The position numbers and the translations under genes are program-made. A model generated the notes under the pieces. The model was not told the DNA's origin and made no database searches. It saw nothing but the letters and a program-made list of their open reading frames with translations. A stretch of 52,491 nucleotides of DNA from a virus (taxonomy: Duplodnaviria; Caudoviricetes): IMG/VR virus record IMGVR_UViG_3300044470_000064, positions 1-52,491 of that record; one strand, written 5' to 3'. Positions 9,380 to 18,286 of this stretch are shown here, piece by piece (positions within the stretch are counted from its first letter, which is position 1; each line of letters begins with the position of its first letter).

Positions 9380-10379
9380 TCTCGTTGAGTTCTCCGAGAT
9401 CGAGGAACTCCGCAACAGCAACCGGAGCCTGGAGCGACGCCTCCGCAAGTCCCAGACGCGCCTAGACGAACTGGTAGCCGCCTGCTATGCGGGTGCCCGC
9501 GACGCATACGCGTCCCTGGTGATTCAACCGCCCGTCGTGACGCCCAAGGTGGACATGCGGCGCAAGAGTGCCGAGGTGGCGCTGTGGTGCATGGGTGATT
9601 GGCAAGGGGCCAAACTCACCACCAGCTACAACAGCGAAGTGATGCGCGAGCGCGTGATGCGCTTCGCCAAGGTGGCCGAGCAGATCACGAACATCCAGCG
9701 GGCCGACCATCCCGTGAAGGATTGCACGATCCTCTTCGGCGGGGATATGGTCGAGGGCCTTTTCCAGTTCCCGACGCAGCCCTTTGAGATCGACGCCACC
9801 CTGTTTGGGCAGTTTGTCACAGTCTCCCAACTTCTCATCGACACGGTACGCGAGGCGCTCCGCATCTATGAGCGGGTCCAAGTGGTGGCCGAGTGGGGCA
9901 ACCACGGTCGGATAGGGAGCAAGCGTTCCACCATCCCCAAGGGCGACAACTTCGACCGGATGTGCTACGAGCACGCTCGACGCATGATGGCGGGCGAGAA
10001 GCGGCTCCGCTGGGAAGATTGCCCCGAGGACATCCAACGGGTGGAGATCGGCAACTATCGGGCGCTCTGTCTGCACTCCGACGAGATCGGGCGCAACGGA
10101 TTCGCCGCTCCTTCCACCATCGTGAACTACATCAACCGGCTCCGGTCGGGGGCGTATCGCTGGGACTTCCGGGACGCCTACACGTTCCACTATCACACCC
10201 ACGCTGAGTGGCCCCTTGCCAACGGTGAGGGCGCGATCTATCAGACGGGCTCAACCGAGAGCGACAACCGCTACGCACGTGACACCATGGCATCGTCGGC
10301 CATCCCGAGCCAGCGGCTGCACTTCGTAGACGGAGACAAGGGCCGCGTGACGGCTCAGTACAAGATTTGGTTGGCATAG
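9372..10379 (+). CDS. Calcineurin-like metallophosphoesterase / exonuclease
   Basis: GDWQ, GGDMVEG, GNHG, HSD, HYH motifs. Confidence 0.8.
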   Translation: MGDLVEFSEIEELRNSNRSLERRLRKSQTRLDELVAACYAGARDAYASLVIQPPVVTPKVDMRRKSAEVALWCMGDWQGAKLTTSYNSEVMRERVMRFAKVAEQITNIQRADHPVKDCTILFGGDMVEGLFQFPTQPFEIDATLFGQFVTVSQLLIDTVREALRIYERVQVVAEWGNHGRIGSKRSTIPKGDNFDRMCYEHARRMMAGEKRLRWEDCPEDIQRVEIGNYRALCLHSDEIGRNGFAAPSTIVNYINRLRSGAYRWDFRDAYTFHYHTHAEWPLANGEGAIYQTGSTESDNRYARDTMASSAIPSQRLHFVDGDKGRVTAQYKIWLA

Positions 10380-10395
10380 GGAAGGGATAACTATC

Positions 10396-10542
10396 ATGCG
10401 TAAGCTTCGGAAACTACTGCCCAAGACATTCTGGACCACCTACGGCAACATGGACGGTTCACGCACGTTCACGATCTGGCGCATGTGGTTCGGTCGCTGT
10501 TACGACGTGACCCGCATCCCTGCGGGCCAGTGGGAGGCATGA
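10396..10542 (+). CDS. Hypothetical protein (48 aa)
   Basis: ATG start, ATGA overlap with next gene. Confidence 0.5.
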   Translation: MRKLRKLLPKTFWTTYGNMDGSRTFTIWRMWFGRCYDVTRIPAGQWEA

Positions 10543-10982
10543 CCGTGCGCGCAGCTCTAGCCAAGACGTTCTCGGTATACGCTCTGCTCTCGCTGGTTGT
10601 GGGGGCGCAGGCTGCCATCCTCGTTTTCGTGCGGGGTTTCGGCAATTCCAAGGCTGACGTGATCGCGGGGTCCATCCTCGGTTTCGTCGCGCTCGTGGCG
10701 TTCGTCGGGCACACCCTACTTGCCAACTGGACGATCACCGTCCCCGGGAGTGTGGTCGGTGTGTTGACGTGGGTCAATGGGGTCGCCGTGGCTCTGGTGG
10801 CTGCGGGTGGGATGATCGTGCAGTACGTCGGCACCGTCTCACCGACGCTGACGCCGTGGGTCGCCGTGGCGCTCCAGGGTGCTGCGCTGGTTGGCTCGCT
10901 GATCGCTGGGCTGTTCACTGCGTCGGTTGCGCGTCGGGTTGCGCCGCGTGGCCTGCCGTTCGACGCGAGAGCCGCCAGGTGA
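10539..10982 (+). CDS. Four-TM membrane protein (holin candidate)
   Basis: Four hydrophobic segments, basic C-terminus, GGAGG SD. Confidence 0.6.
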   Translation: MTVRAALAKTFSVYALLSLVVGAQAAILVFVRGFGNSKADVIAGSILGFVALVAFVGHTLLANWTITVPGSVVGVLTWVNGVAVALVAAGGMIVQYVGTVSPTLTPWVAVALQGAALVGSLIAGLFTASVARRVAPRGLPFDARAAR

Positions 10983-11104
10983 CCATCCCAGTGACGATCC
11001 TCGTCTGGGTGGGCGTCGTCGCGGCCGTGGCTGTCGCCTTGTTTCTGCTCTCGGCCGCCGTAGTTGGAAGCTTTGAGGGCATACGTCGGGCAGTCAAGCG
11101 ATGA
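10979..11104 (+). CDS. Small single-TM protein
   Basis: Hydrophobic core, basic tail, GTGA overlap. Confidence 0.5.
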   Translation: MTIPVTILVWVGVVAAVAVALFLLSAAVVGSFEGIRRAVKR

Positions 11105-11183
11105 CCGACGAGGACCTCCCCGTCATTACCCAACCGCCCGAACCGGACGACGAGGACGAGCAGGAAGCGTGGGGGCCTGACTG

Positions 11184-11456
11184 ATGAGCGATCTCGATAA
11201 GCAGACGGATGCGGTGACTGAGCCTGCCAAGGTCTGTCCTACGTGTGGCCGTTGCCCAACGTGCGGCAGGTCGGACGCGCAACCGTTCTATCAGTGGCCG
11301 TACCCAGCGCAGCCTATCGTCCCCAACGCTCAACCCTACCCGGTACTGCCGTGGGGGCCGTGGTACTTCGGGACGGGCGGAAACATATGCGAGGTCCACG
11401 CCACGGCCAATGGCACCTCCGTGGCCTCGGGCGGCATGGTAAGCGTTAGCCTCTGA
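11184..11456 (+). CDS. Hypothetical protein (CPTCGRCPTCGR)
   Basis: Tandem CxxC knuckles. Confidence 0.6.
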   Translation: MSDLDKQTDAVTEPAKVCPTCGRCPTCGRSDAQPFYQWPYPAQPIVPNAQPYPVLPWGPWYFGTGGNICEVHATANGTSVASGGMVSVSL

Positions 11457-11467
11457 GGGGAGACCTG

Positions 11468-11761
11468 ATGCGGAGGGAAGGCGCGGAGGCGTGGCTCGCC
11501 TGGTATCGCAAGGCTGAGGATGCCTACGAGAAGGCGGGTGAGCACGCTCTGGGCCTCTGGATCAGGGAAGGAAAACCGAGCGAAGCGTACCTAGAGGCGG
11601 TCGAGGCTGCCACCGTCGCTCGCTGGCGTTGGCACGCTGCGCTACAGGCGCTGAACGGTTTTATGGAAAACGAAGCGGCCCACCCGGCCCCGCCCCGGCG
11701 TAATCCGGACGGCTCGGACTGGTGGAACGTGGACTGTGGAGGGATAGAGGATGACCGATAG
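11468..11761 (+). CDS. Hypothetical protein
   Basis: GGAG SD, operon packing. Confidence 0.6.
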   Translation: MRREGAEAWLAWYRKAEDAYEKAGEHALGLWIREGKPSEAYLEAVEAATVARWRWHAALQALNGFMENEAAHPAPPRRNPDGSDWWNVDCGGIEDDR

Positions 11762-12584
11762 TTTCCCGAAGAGGGTAGCTGGCAAGCGTGGCCTCCGTGA
11801 ATCCCATGAGCCGCGACTGGCCCTCTCGCGCTTCAAGCGGACGGTACGCACCGAACCTCTGCCCACCAGTTGGGACGGCACCCACGGCATCACCGCGTGG
11901 GGCATGGACGGCAATGACCGCTATGGCGACTGCGGAGCCGCCGCGACCGACCACTACAACATGGCGAAGGCTGGCAGCACCAGCGTCGAGGATACCCTCG
12001 GGGAGCCCAAGTACGCGGGAACGGTGGCGACCTACTTCGCCTATGGCATCGCGCAGGGCGAGCCTGGGCCGAACCCTGACGAGGGCGTGGACAATGCGAC
12101 CTGGCTTGGCTTCCTGTGGAAGAACGGCATCATCGACGGGTATGCCGAGGTGGACTTGGCCGACGTCAAGGCCGCTGCGGTGGAGTTCAACGGGGTCCTG
12201 GTGGGATGCCTGCTGGGTGACGACGCGGAGGCCAACTTCGAGAAGGGGCTGCCGTGGGACAACCCGCCGGCACCCGACCCGAACGATGGGCACGACATCC
12301 TGTTCATCGGCTGGGACCCGAGCTGGTCCTGGTATGTGACGTGGGGCGCGTTGCAATGGGTGACCCCCTCGTGGCAGGCAGCCAACCCCACCGACGCCTG
12401 GGTCATCCTCGACGCCGACGACCCGAGCGTGAACTGGCCGGCGCTGATTGCCGAGCTGACCGCGCTGCACGGCACCGTGCCGTCTGTTACGCCGCCGGCA
12501 CCCGTCCCTACGCCTGCCCCGACGCCCACCCCGGTGACCTCTAGCGGCTGCTGGGGGGCCATCCTGCGGTTGTTCGGGCGATGA
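11751..12584 (+). CDS. Papain-fold cysteine peptidase with Pro/Thr linker and amphipathic C-terminus
   Basis: GNDRYGDCGAAA (Cys), GHDILFIGWD (His), VTWG. Confidence 0.7.
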   Translation: MTDSFPKRVAGKRGLRESHEPRLALSRFKRTVRTEPLPTSWDGTHGITAWGMDGNDRYGDCGAAATDHYNMAKAGSTSVEDTLGEPKYAGTVATYFAYGIAQGEPGPNPDEGVDNATWLGFLWKNGIIDGYAEVDLADVKAAAVEFNGVLVGCLLGDDAEANFEKGLPWDNPPAPDPNDGHDILFIGWDPSWSWYVTWGALQWVTPSWQAANPTDAWVILDADDPSVNWPALIAELTALHGTVPSVTPPAPVPTPAPTPTPVTSSGCWGAILRLFGR

Positions 12585-12703
12585 ACGTCTGGGCGTGGGC
12601 CGTTATCGGCTTCGTGGTATTCGTCCTCGGGGTTGCCGGTGCCGCGGCACTTGCCCTCTACATCCTCGCCCGAGGGTGGGTGAAGTCTGACGAGGACCAG
12701 TGA
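12581..12703 (+). CDS. Small single-TM protein
   Basis: MNVWAWAVIGFVVFVLGVAGAAALALYILARG; overlaps on both sides. Confidence 0.55.
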   Translation: MNVWAWAVIGFVVFVLGVAGAAALALYILARGWVKSDEDQ

Positions 12704-12888
12704 GGGTCCGACTTATCCCCCGTGACGCGCACTACCTGGCGGAGCTACAGGCGACGGTCCCTGATCTCCCCGGCGATCTCATCGTGGACGTTCAACCCGA
12801 TGGGCAGTGGGAAGAGATGGAGGCTGACCTCTCCGTGGTGGGCGGCATCCTCCGGGACGGAGTGGCGTGGAAGCGCTGCCCTATCTGA
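12700..12888 (+). CDS. Hypothetical protein
   Basis: GAGG SD, GTGA overlap. Confidence 0.5.
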   Translation: MRVRLIPRDAHYLAELQATVPDLPGDLIVDVQPDGQWEEMEADLSVVGGILRDGVAWKRCPI

Positions 12889-13103
12889 TCGTGGTCCTGT
12901 GTCTGGTTACCCTCTGGGTGATCGGCAGGGAGATGGGCGCTGAGTAGCAGCGAGGGGCCAGAGAACTGTTCGCGTACATGACATGGCGCTGAGCACCGGC
13001 CCTGAACCGCGTCTTCCGGGAGACGATAGGATCGTCCGCAAGTCCCCACGGGCGGTTCCCCGGGTCCAACGGTAGCGTAACGGCTGGTCTGGTGGTACAC
13101 TAG

Positions 13104-13469
13104 ATGCCAATGGGCGAGCAGCTTACACCGAACGCCGTCGTACTTTCCCTGATGGAGTTGGGCCGGCAACTGGACGCAGCGGTCAAGACGCTCCGCGAGG
13201 CCGAGATGGCGGCGGTGCGAACGCGGCACGCGGCGGACCTCGCTGAGGCTCAAGCCTACATGGAAGTGAAGGGGCCAGTCGAGGAGCGCAAGCGGGCCGC
13301 GCTGATCGCCTCCACCGAGTTCGAGGATGAGGCGCTCGTCGCGGAGGCTACGTTACGCTGGCTACGTGCCAGGATTAGGGCTCTGGATACGCGTATCGAG
13401 GTGGGTCGCAGCATGGGAACTTCTCTTCGGGCTGAGCTGAAGATGCTGCCCTACTCGGATCAGCCATGA
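13104..13469 (+). CDS. Coiled-coil hypothetical protein
   Basis: Long helical ORF; TGGTACACT extended -10 directly upstream (start 13104 or 13110). Confidence 0.7.
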   Translation: MPMGEQLTPNAVVLSLMELGRQLDAAVKTLREAEMAAVRTRHAADLAEAQAYMEVKGPVEERKRAALIASTEFEDEALVAEATLRWLRARIRALDTRIEVGRSMGTSLRAELKMLPYSDQP

Positions 13470-13669
13470 GCCGCGAGGACAAGGCCATCGCCGCCGAGAT
13501 CGAGCGCGCCAAGCAGATCAAGGCATACCAGGACGAACTCGCCCACCAGGCGATCATCCGCAAGGTGCTCGCCAAGAAGCGCTCCCTACTTTCGCCTACG
13601 ATTCCGAGCCAGTCGAGTTCACCGCCTGCGGTATCGTCGGAGAAACTAGGGCATGCCTACCCCCACTGA
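13466..13669 (+). CDS. Hypothetical protein
   Basis: ATGA overlap. Confidence 0.55.
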   Translation: MSREDKAIAAEIERAKQIKAYQDELAHQAIIRKVLAKKRSLLSPTIPSQSSSPPAVSSEKLGHAYPH

Positions 13670-13880
13670 GCGGCTCTGGATAGAGCGTCGGTGTGTGGAG
13701 TGCGGCTCTCCGATAACGGTCCTGCGGATGACGCCCAGCCCGATCTGCTCGGCAGCGTGCTACGCCAAGGTTCACGCTCCCCGGCCTACGGTGTGCCATC
13801 GGTGCGGCAAGACCTACGGTCGGCCCGCTTCGCTGGTCTCGGAGTTCTGCTCGGTCGAGTGTGCTAGGGAGATCGAGTGA
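13653..13880 (+). CDS. Zn-finger protein (two CxxC...CSxxC units)
   Basis: CVECG..ICSAAC; CHRCG..FCSVEC. Confidence 0.65.
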   Translation: MPTPTERLWIERRCVECGSPITVLRMTPSPICSAACYAKVHAPRPTVCHRCGKTYGRPASLVSEFCSVECAREIE

Positions 13881-14046
13881 GCCGTACCCGTCGATCCTCC
13901 TGGCGCCACCAGACAGTACCGCATGGGCCGACGTTCGCGGAGCCGTTCTCTGGCAACCGCATCACGGTGGGGGAGGCCGCAAAGCCGCAAAGCCGCGAAG
14001 CTGCTAGGCCGTGGCGTGAGGCTCCGCCGAAGTTCCACGGGACGCG

Positions 14047-14253
14047 ATGACCCCCTCGCCGACTTACCGCACCCCCCCGACAGGAGCCCGGTGCTCCGGC
14101 CAGAGGGTAGGCCCCGGCCTGATCCTCGGTGGATGCAAGGCTCCCGCCGTCGTCCAGCACACCCTCTGGGGGGTGCAAGTGCTCTCCTGCGCCGCTCATT
14201 TCGAGGCAGGGGGCGGGAGTCCTTCGGCGATCCCGGTGGGGGAAGTTGCGTAG
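14047..14253 (+). CDS. Hypothetical protein
   Basis: ATGA overlap with a short upstream ORF 13877-14050; C..C..C..H. Confidence 0.4.
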   Translation: MTPSPTYRTPPTGARCSGQRVGPGLILGGCKAPAVVQHTLWGVQVLSCAAHFEAGGGSPSAIPVGEVA

Positions 14254-14275
14254 CGGTCCGCATCCGTGCTAGACT
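14246..14275 (+). promoter_or_regulatory. Promoter TTGCGT-N18-TAGACT (extended -10) for a leaderless mRNA, overlapped by a repeated operator-like motif
   Basis: ATG lies 6 nt after the -10; GCGTAGCGGTCCGCATCC at 14248-14265. Confidence 0.6.
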
Positions 14276-14281
14276 GAGGGC

Positions 14282-14731
14282 ATGAGACAACGTGCCCTCC
14301 CCAAGCCAACCCCGAAAGGATGCCCCGAGTGCGGGGCACAGGAGACGCGAGGGACGGTACTCCACCGTCCGACATGCTCTCGGAAGCCCACCGTGAGCGA
14401 TGGCCGTCCGTACCCGTTGATCGGCCCCGACGATCCCCTGGCGATCATAGGGCGCGAACTGATCGAGCGGGCCGCGAAACTGCCTCCGCTGGGGGGCGAC
14501 GCCGTGGAGCCCGTCGAGACCCACTACCACCCTAGTCAGACTTACGACGAGTTCGTCGCGCAGACGTTCGCGGCGGATAATCAGCGGATCGTCCTCGTGG
14601 AATCCGTCGAGACCGCCGTCAGTCTCGGCCGCAAGGGAGGCCAGTCTCGTGCCTCCCGTCTGTCCCCTGAGCAACGGAGCGCATCTGCCCGGAAGGCCGC
14701 CAAGGCACGCTGGGGGAAAGCCGATGCCTGA
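14282..14731 (+). CDS. Hypothetical protein with N-terminal Zn knuckle and basic C-terminal nucleic-acid-binding-like motif
   Basis: CPECG..H..TC; LGRKGGQSRASRLSPEQRSASARKAAKARW. Confidence 0.65.
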   Translation: MRQRALPKPTPKGCPECGAQETRGTVLHRPTCSRKPTVSDGRPYPLIGPDDPLAIIGRELIERAAKLPPLGGDAVEPVETHYHPSQTYDEFVAQTFAADNQRIVLVESVETAVSLGRKGGQSRASRLSPEQRSASARKAAKARWGKADA

Positions 14732-15038
14732 CACGCTGTGCATACTACAAGCCTCTGACCTATCGCCAGAGATGAGCGTGCGCGTTGCCGTGGCCAAGTT
14801 TCGGCCCGTCATGGAAGCAGTTGGCAAGGCGTTCGCCCTGGTAGCCGACTTCTGCCAGCGCGCCATCCGAGCGATCGCTGAGTTCCTGGCCCCCTTCGAG
14901 TTCGGCCGGTGCTTCCACAAGACGCGCCGTGGTGAGAGATGCCGCCGTAGGGTCCTTACTGACGTCTGGTGCTCCTGCTGGCAACACTGGAGGGTCGGCG
15001 GCATCCACTGGCAGGCCCCCGAGGTGACCTATGCCTGA
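14724..15038 (+). CDS. Hypothetical protein (C..KT..G.RC...CWQH)
   Basis: Zn-binding-like motif; overlap packing. Confidence 0.55.
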   Translation: MPDTLCILQASDLSPEMSVRVAVAKFRPVMEAVGKAFALVADFCQRAIRAIAEFLAPFEFGRCFHKTRRGERCRRRVLTDVWCSCWQHWRVGGIHWQAPEVTYA

Positions 15039-15294
15039 CGTATCCCGACTGAGGGAACTGCTGGCGGTGCCTCTCTGCCTGCGTTCGAGGGCGGAGGACG
15101 ACGAGGTGGAGGCTGCTCTCCCGAAGCTCCTGGACGAACGAGAGCAGATCCGAGAGGCGGCGGGAATTGCTCAGGGTATCCTCGCCGCCCGGCTTCAATC
15201 CATCGATCCCGGCGCTGCCGGTCCGCTGATGAGCGCCGAATCGGTACTCCGCCACGCTCTAGCGTCCCTGGAGAACCCATCGCCGCAAGCGTAG
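15031..15294 (+). CDS. Hypothetical protein
   Basis: GAGG SD, overlap packing. Confidence 0.6.
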   Translation: MPDVSRLRELLAVPLCLRSRAEDDEVEAALPKLLDEREQIREAAGIAQGILAARLQSIDPGAAGPLMSAESVLRHALASLENPSPQA

Positions 15295-15444
15295 CGGTAC
15301 GCATCCAACTGAACCGGACCAACCACCGGGGACCACAGCGTAGCGGGGTCCACCCTAAGACCGACAGTCGGCGCGCCAGGGAGAAGCGGTCCGATGCGCC
15401 GCCCCGGTGGCCGGGATGCACCTAGGGGAACGGGAGGATAGGAC

Positions 15445-15657
15445 GTGGCTAAACTTGAACCGATCACGGTGGAACTCAAACTTACTGGGGATGTGGTCAA
15501 GGCGATCGAGGATATCGTGGACGCCAAGATCGCTGAGCGGGAGGCTCGGACTGAGGATCTGGTTCGCGAGATGCTGGGGCAGCAAGACCAGGCTATGGTG
15601 CAGCAACTCAGGAACCACTGGCGACCTCTCCAGGCGTTCCTACAAACCCTACCTTGA
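15445..15657 (+). CDS. Hypothetical protein
   Basis: GGAGG SD before GTG. Confidence 0.6.
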   Translation: MAKLEPITVELKLTGDVVKAIEDIVDAKIAEREARTEDLVREMLGQQDQAMVQQLRNHWRPLQAFLQTLP

Positions 15658-15697
15658 CAGACCTGACCCATGAGTTGTCAAGGAGCCTTACCAACCC

Positions 15698-16315
15698 ATG
15701 AGATGTACCGCTACCCAAAAGGCGGACGGAACGCCATTGAAGCCCCACTGGGCGATCAAGGGTGGGACAGTCTGCAATCACCATGGCGGAGGCGCTCCGC
15801 AGGTTCGGGCGGCGGCCAACGCTCGGCTTACCGAGGAGAAGGCCCGCAAGGCTCTGCACATCTGGGCGACCGATCCCAAGGCCGTTGAATCGGCAGACCA
15901 TCCTGGCGACGTACTCTTGGAGGAGTTGGCCCGGACGGTCTCGGTGGTTCGGAAGCTGCAGCTCAGGATCACCGAAGAGGACCCCGACGCTCTGGTATGG
16001 GGGGTGAGTTCGGCCGACGCCGGCACGGTGGCTGACGCTCACGGGGGGACTGTGGAGGTCGCCTCGATCCGGAAGGAGGCCAAGCCGTCCGTCTGGCTCA
16101 ATCTCTACGGAGAGGAGCGGGACCGACTGCTGGGGATCTGCCGAGTGGTCGCCCAGTTGAACCTAGACGAGCGTCGGGTGAGGCTAGACGAGCGCACCGG
16201 GGACATGATCGCCCAGGTAGTGCGGCAGTCGTTCATCGCGCTGGGTGTCGATCCTGAGCCGTTGGCTGTCCGCGAGGTGGTTGAGGCTCAGTTGATGATC
16301 GCGGGGAGTGCGTAG
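15698..16315 (+). CDS. Putative terminase small subunit
   Basis: RC.A....G..., VCNHHGG motif, helical C-terminus; upstream of TerL. Confidence 0.65.
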   Translation: MRCTATQKADGTPLKPHWAIKGGTVCNHHGGGAPQVRAAANARLTEEKARKALHIWATDPKAVESADHPGDVLLEELARTVSVVRKLQLRITEEDPDALVWGVSSADAGTVADAHGGTVEVASIRKEAKPSVWLNLYGEERDRLLGICRVVAQLNLDERRVRLDERTGDMIAQVVRQSFIALGVDPEPLAVREVVEAQLMIAGSA

Positions 16316-16360
16316 CGGTACGTAGATGCCGGGCGCTAGGCACCGCTCTGATGCGGAGCG

Positions 16361-16660
16361 CTACGCTTGAGAGGCCAATGTCGCTAGGAAGGCGCGGACG
16401 CGATCCTGGTTGATTCCGTTGGGGTGATCGTAGAGGTCTCGCAGCAGCGCCACGGCCGCTTCGTACTGCTTCCTGAGTTGGAAACAGTCGCCGAGAGCAT
16501 GGTGCCACCCGCGTTCCGCGCTGTCCTCGTTCCAGACGGGGCGGCGGGAGATGTTCTCAAGGTTCGCGTCTGGCAGGGTCCGATGGTGAGCGATCAGTCC
16601 GTCAGTGGTGGTCAGGTCGATCTCGTTCATCTCAGTGGCTCCTGTCGTTGCGGTTCCCAT
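16361..16660 (-). CDS. Antisense moron gene between TerS and TerL, hypothetical
   Basis: TGGTATACT extended -10 6 nt before ATG 16660; alternative start 16630 with AGGAG SD. Confidence 0.6.
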   Translation of the reverse strand: MGTATTGATEMNEIDLTTTDGLIAHHRTLPDANLENISRRPVWNEDSAERGWHHALGDCFQLRKQYEAAVALLRDLYDHPNGINQDRVRAFLATLASQA

Positions 16661-16720
16661 GACTGAAGTATACCACCGGCACGGTGGAAAGGGTACCCTA
16701 CGGGGGATCGTTACAACACT

Positions 16721-18286
16721 GTGACCTCGAACCCCTGGACCGTGGCGGCCCGCCACTTCGTCCCGCCGACCGTGCGCTCCCGCTGGTACTGCCACCGCCC
16801 AGAGTGTGACGGCAAGCCCCACGATGGCTGGCAGGCCCACGCCCGCACCGCCCAGCGCCCTCCGGTGGGAGACTGGTTCGTTTGGCTCATGCTGGCTGGC
16901 CGAGGGTTCGGCAAGACCCGCGCCGGCGCCGAGTGGTTGGCAGAGCAGGCCCGGACCCACACGAACTCCGCATGGGGGCTGATCGCCCCGACGTGGTCAG
17001 ACGTGCGGAAGTGCGTCCGCGACCCCGAGGCGGGGCTGCTGGACTGCCTGGGCGCTGATCTCGGGGTCCACAACATCACCACTGGCACGGTAACCCTGAA
17101 GAACGGGTCGATCATCCACTGTGTCTCCGCCGACCAACCTGACCGTCTGCGAGGCTACAACCTCTGGGGCGCGTGGGTGGATGAGCTTTCGTCCTGGCGC
17201 AACCCCGAGGCGTGGTCCACGATGGTGCCGGCCTTGCGTGTGGGCTCACACCCGAGGATCGCTGCCACCACGACCCCCAAGGCGGTGGCGCTGATCCGCG
17301 ATCTTGTAGGGCGTCACGATGGCTCCGTGGTGATTGTCCGCGGCTCGACGTGGGATAACGCCGACAACCTCGCCCCGTCGGCTCTGGCTGAACTTCGCAC
17401 CCGGTATGAGGGGACGCGGATCGGCCGGCAGGAGTTGGAGGGCGAGTTGCTAGAGGACGTCCCCGGCGCCCTGTGGACCCTGGAGCTGTTCGAGGATCGT
17501 GAGATCAAGGGCGCGGACGGACAGGTCGAGCGCAGCCTAGCGGGACGCGCTGAGATTACACCTGAGTTGCGGCGGCTGGTGGTAGGTGTGGACCCGACCG
17601 GGGCCGACACGGGCAACCAGGACGAGTGCGGCATCGTGGTGGCCGGCAAGGGTGTCGATGGCCACGGGTACGTCCTCGCCGATCGGACATGCACGGCATC
17701 CCCCGCCGAGTGGGCTCGCAGAGCCGTGGCAGCCTACCGCGAGTTCGGCGCCGACAAGATCGTGGCCGAGGGCAACTTCGGCGCCCAGATGGTAGTCGAT
17801 ACCATCAAGACCGCCGACAAGTCCGTACCCGTCGAGATCGTCACCGCATCCCGATCCAAGCGCCAGCGGGCCGAGCCGGTGGCGGCTCTTTATGAGCAAG
17901 GACGCATACACCACGTCGGCCAACTGGCCAAGCTAGAGGACGAGCTGATCTCATGGACCCCCGAGAGCGGGTGGTCACCGGGACGCATGGACGCCCTGGT
18001 GTGGGCGATCTCGTGGCTCAACCTCGCCGGAGGGCAACTGGACACGCTCTGGCAGCGAGAACTCGACGCATCGCCCACTGTCGTGGCTGGCGGGTGGGCA
18101 GACGTTCCCGGCGAGGGATGCCCGCAGAGTGACGATGGCAGGCACTTCTGGAACGACGGCTTCTGCGTCCACTGCCGGGCGCCCCAGCGGCCAACCGTCG
18201 CCGTGCCCAGCGGACCCGGGTCAGCGTGTAGTCACTATCGGCGGCGCAACGGCGTGTGCATGCTCTGTGGCAAGGAGGCAGCGTGA
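16721..18286 (+). CDS. terL: Terminase large subunit with Cys-rich C-terminal extension
   Basis: AGRGFGKT Walker A, LRG, WVDE Walker B, TTTP, RQELEGE, VGVDP nuclease domain. Confidence 0.95.
   Translation: MTSNPWTVAARHFVPPTVRSRWYCHRPECDGKPHDGWQAHARTAQRPPVGDWFVWLMLAGRGFGKTRAGAEWLAEQARTHTNSAWGLIAPTWSDVRKCVRDPEAGLLDCLGADLGVHNITTGTVTLKNGSIIHCVSADQPDRLRGYNLWGAWVDELSSWRNPEAWSTMVPALRVGSHPRIAATTTPKAVALIRDLVGRHDGSVVIVRGSTWDNADNLAPSALAELRTRYEGTRIGRQELEGELLEDVPGALWTLELFEDREIKGADGQVERSLAGRAEITPELRRLVVGVDPTGADTGNQDECGIVVAGKGVDGHGYVLADRTCTASPAEWARRAVAAYREFGADKIVAEGNFGAQMVVDTIKTADKSVPVEIVTASRSKRQRAEPVAALYEQGRIHHVGQLAKLEDELISWTPESGWSPGRMDALVWAISWLNLAGGQLDTLWQRELDASPTVVAGGWADVPGEGCPQSDDGRHFWNDGFCVHCRAPQRPTVAVPSGPGSACSHYRRRNGVCMLCGKEAA

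Noticed and set aside
14633-14659. Gapped match of array unit 2 (6 of 9 dinucleotides) to the KGGQSRAS codons
   Set aside because: Non-consecutive; about one such match is expected by chance in a sequence this size
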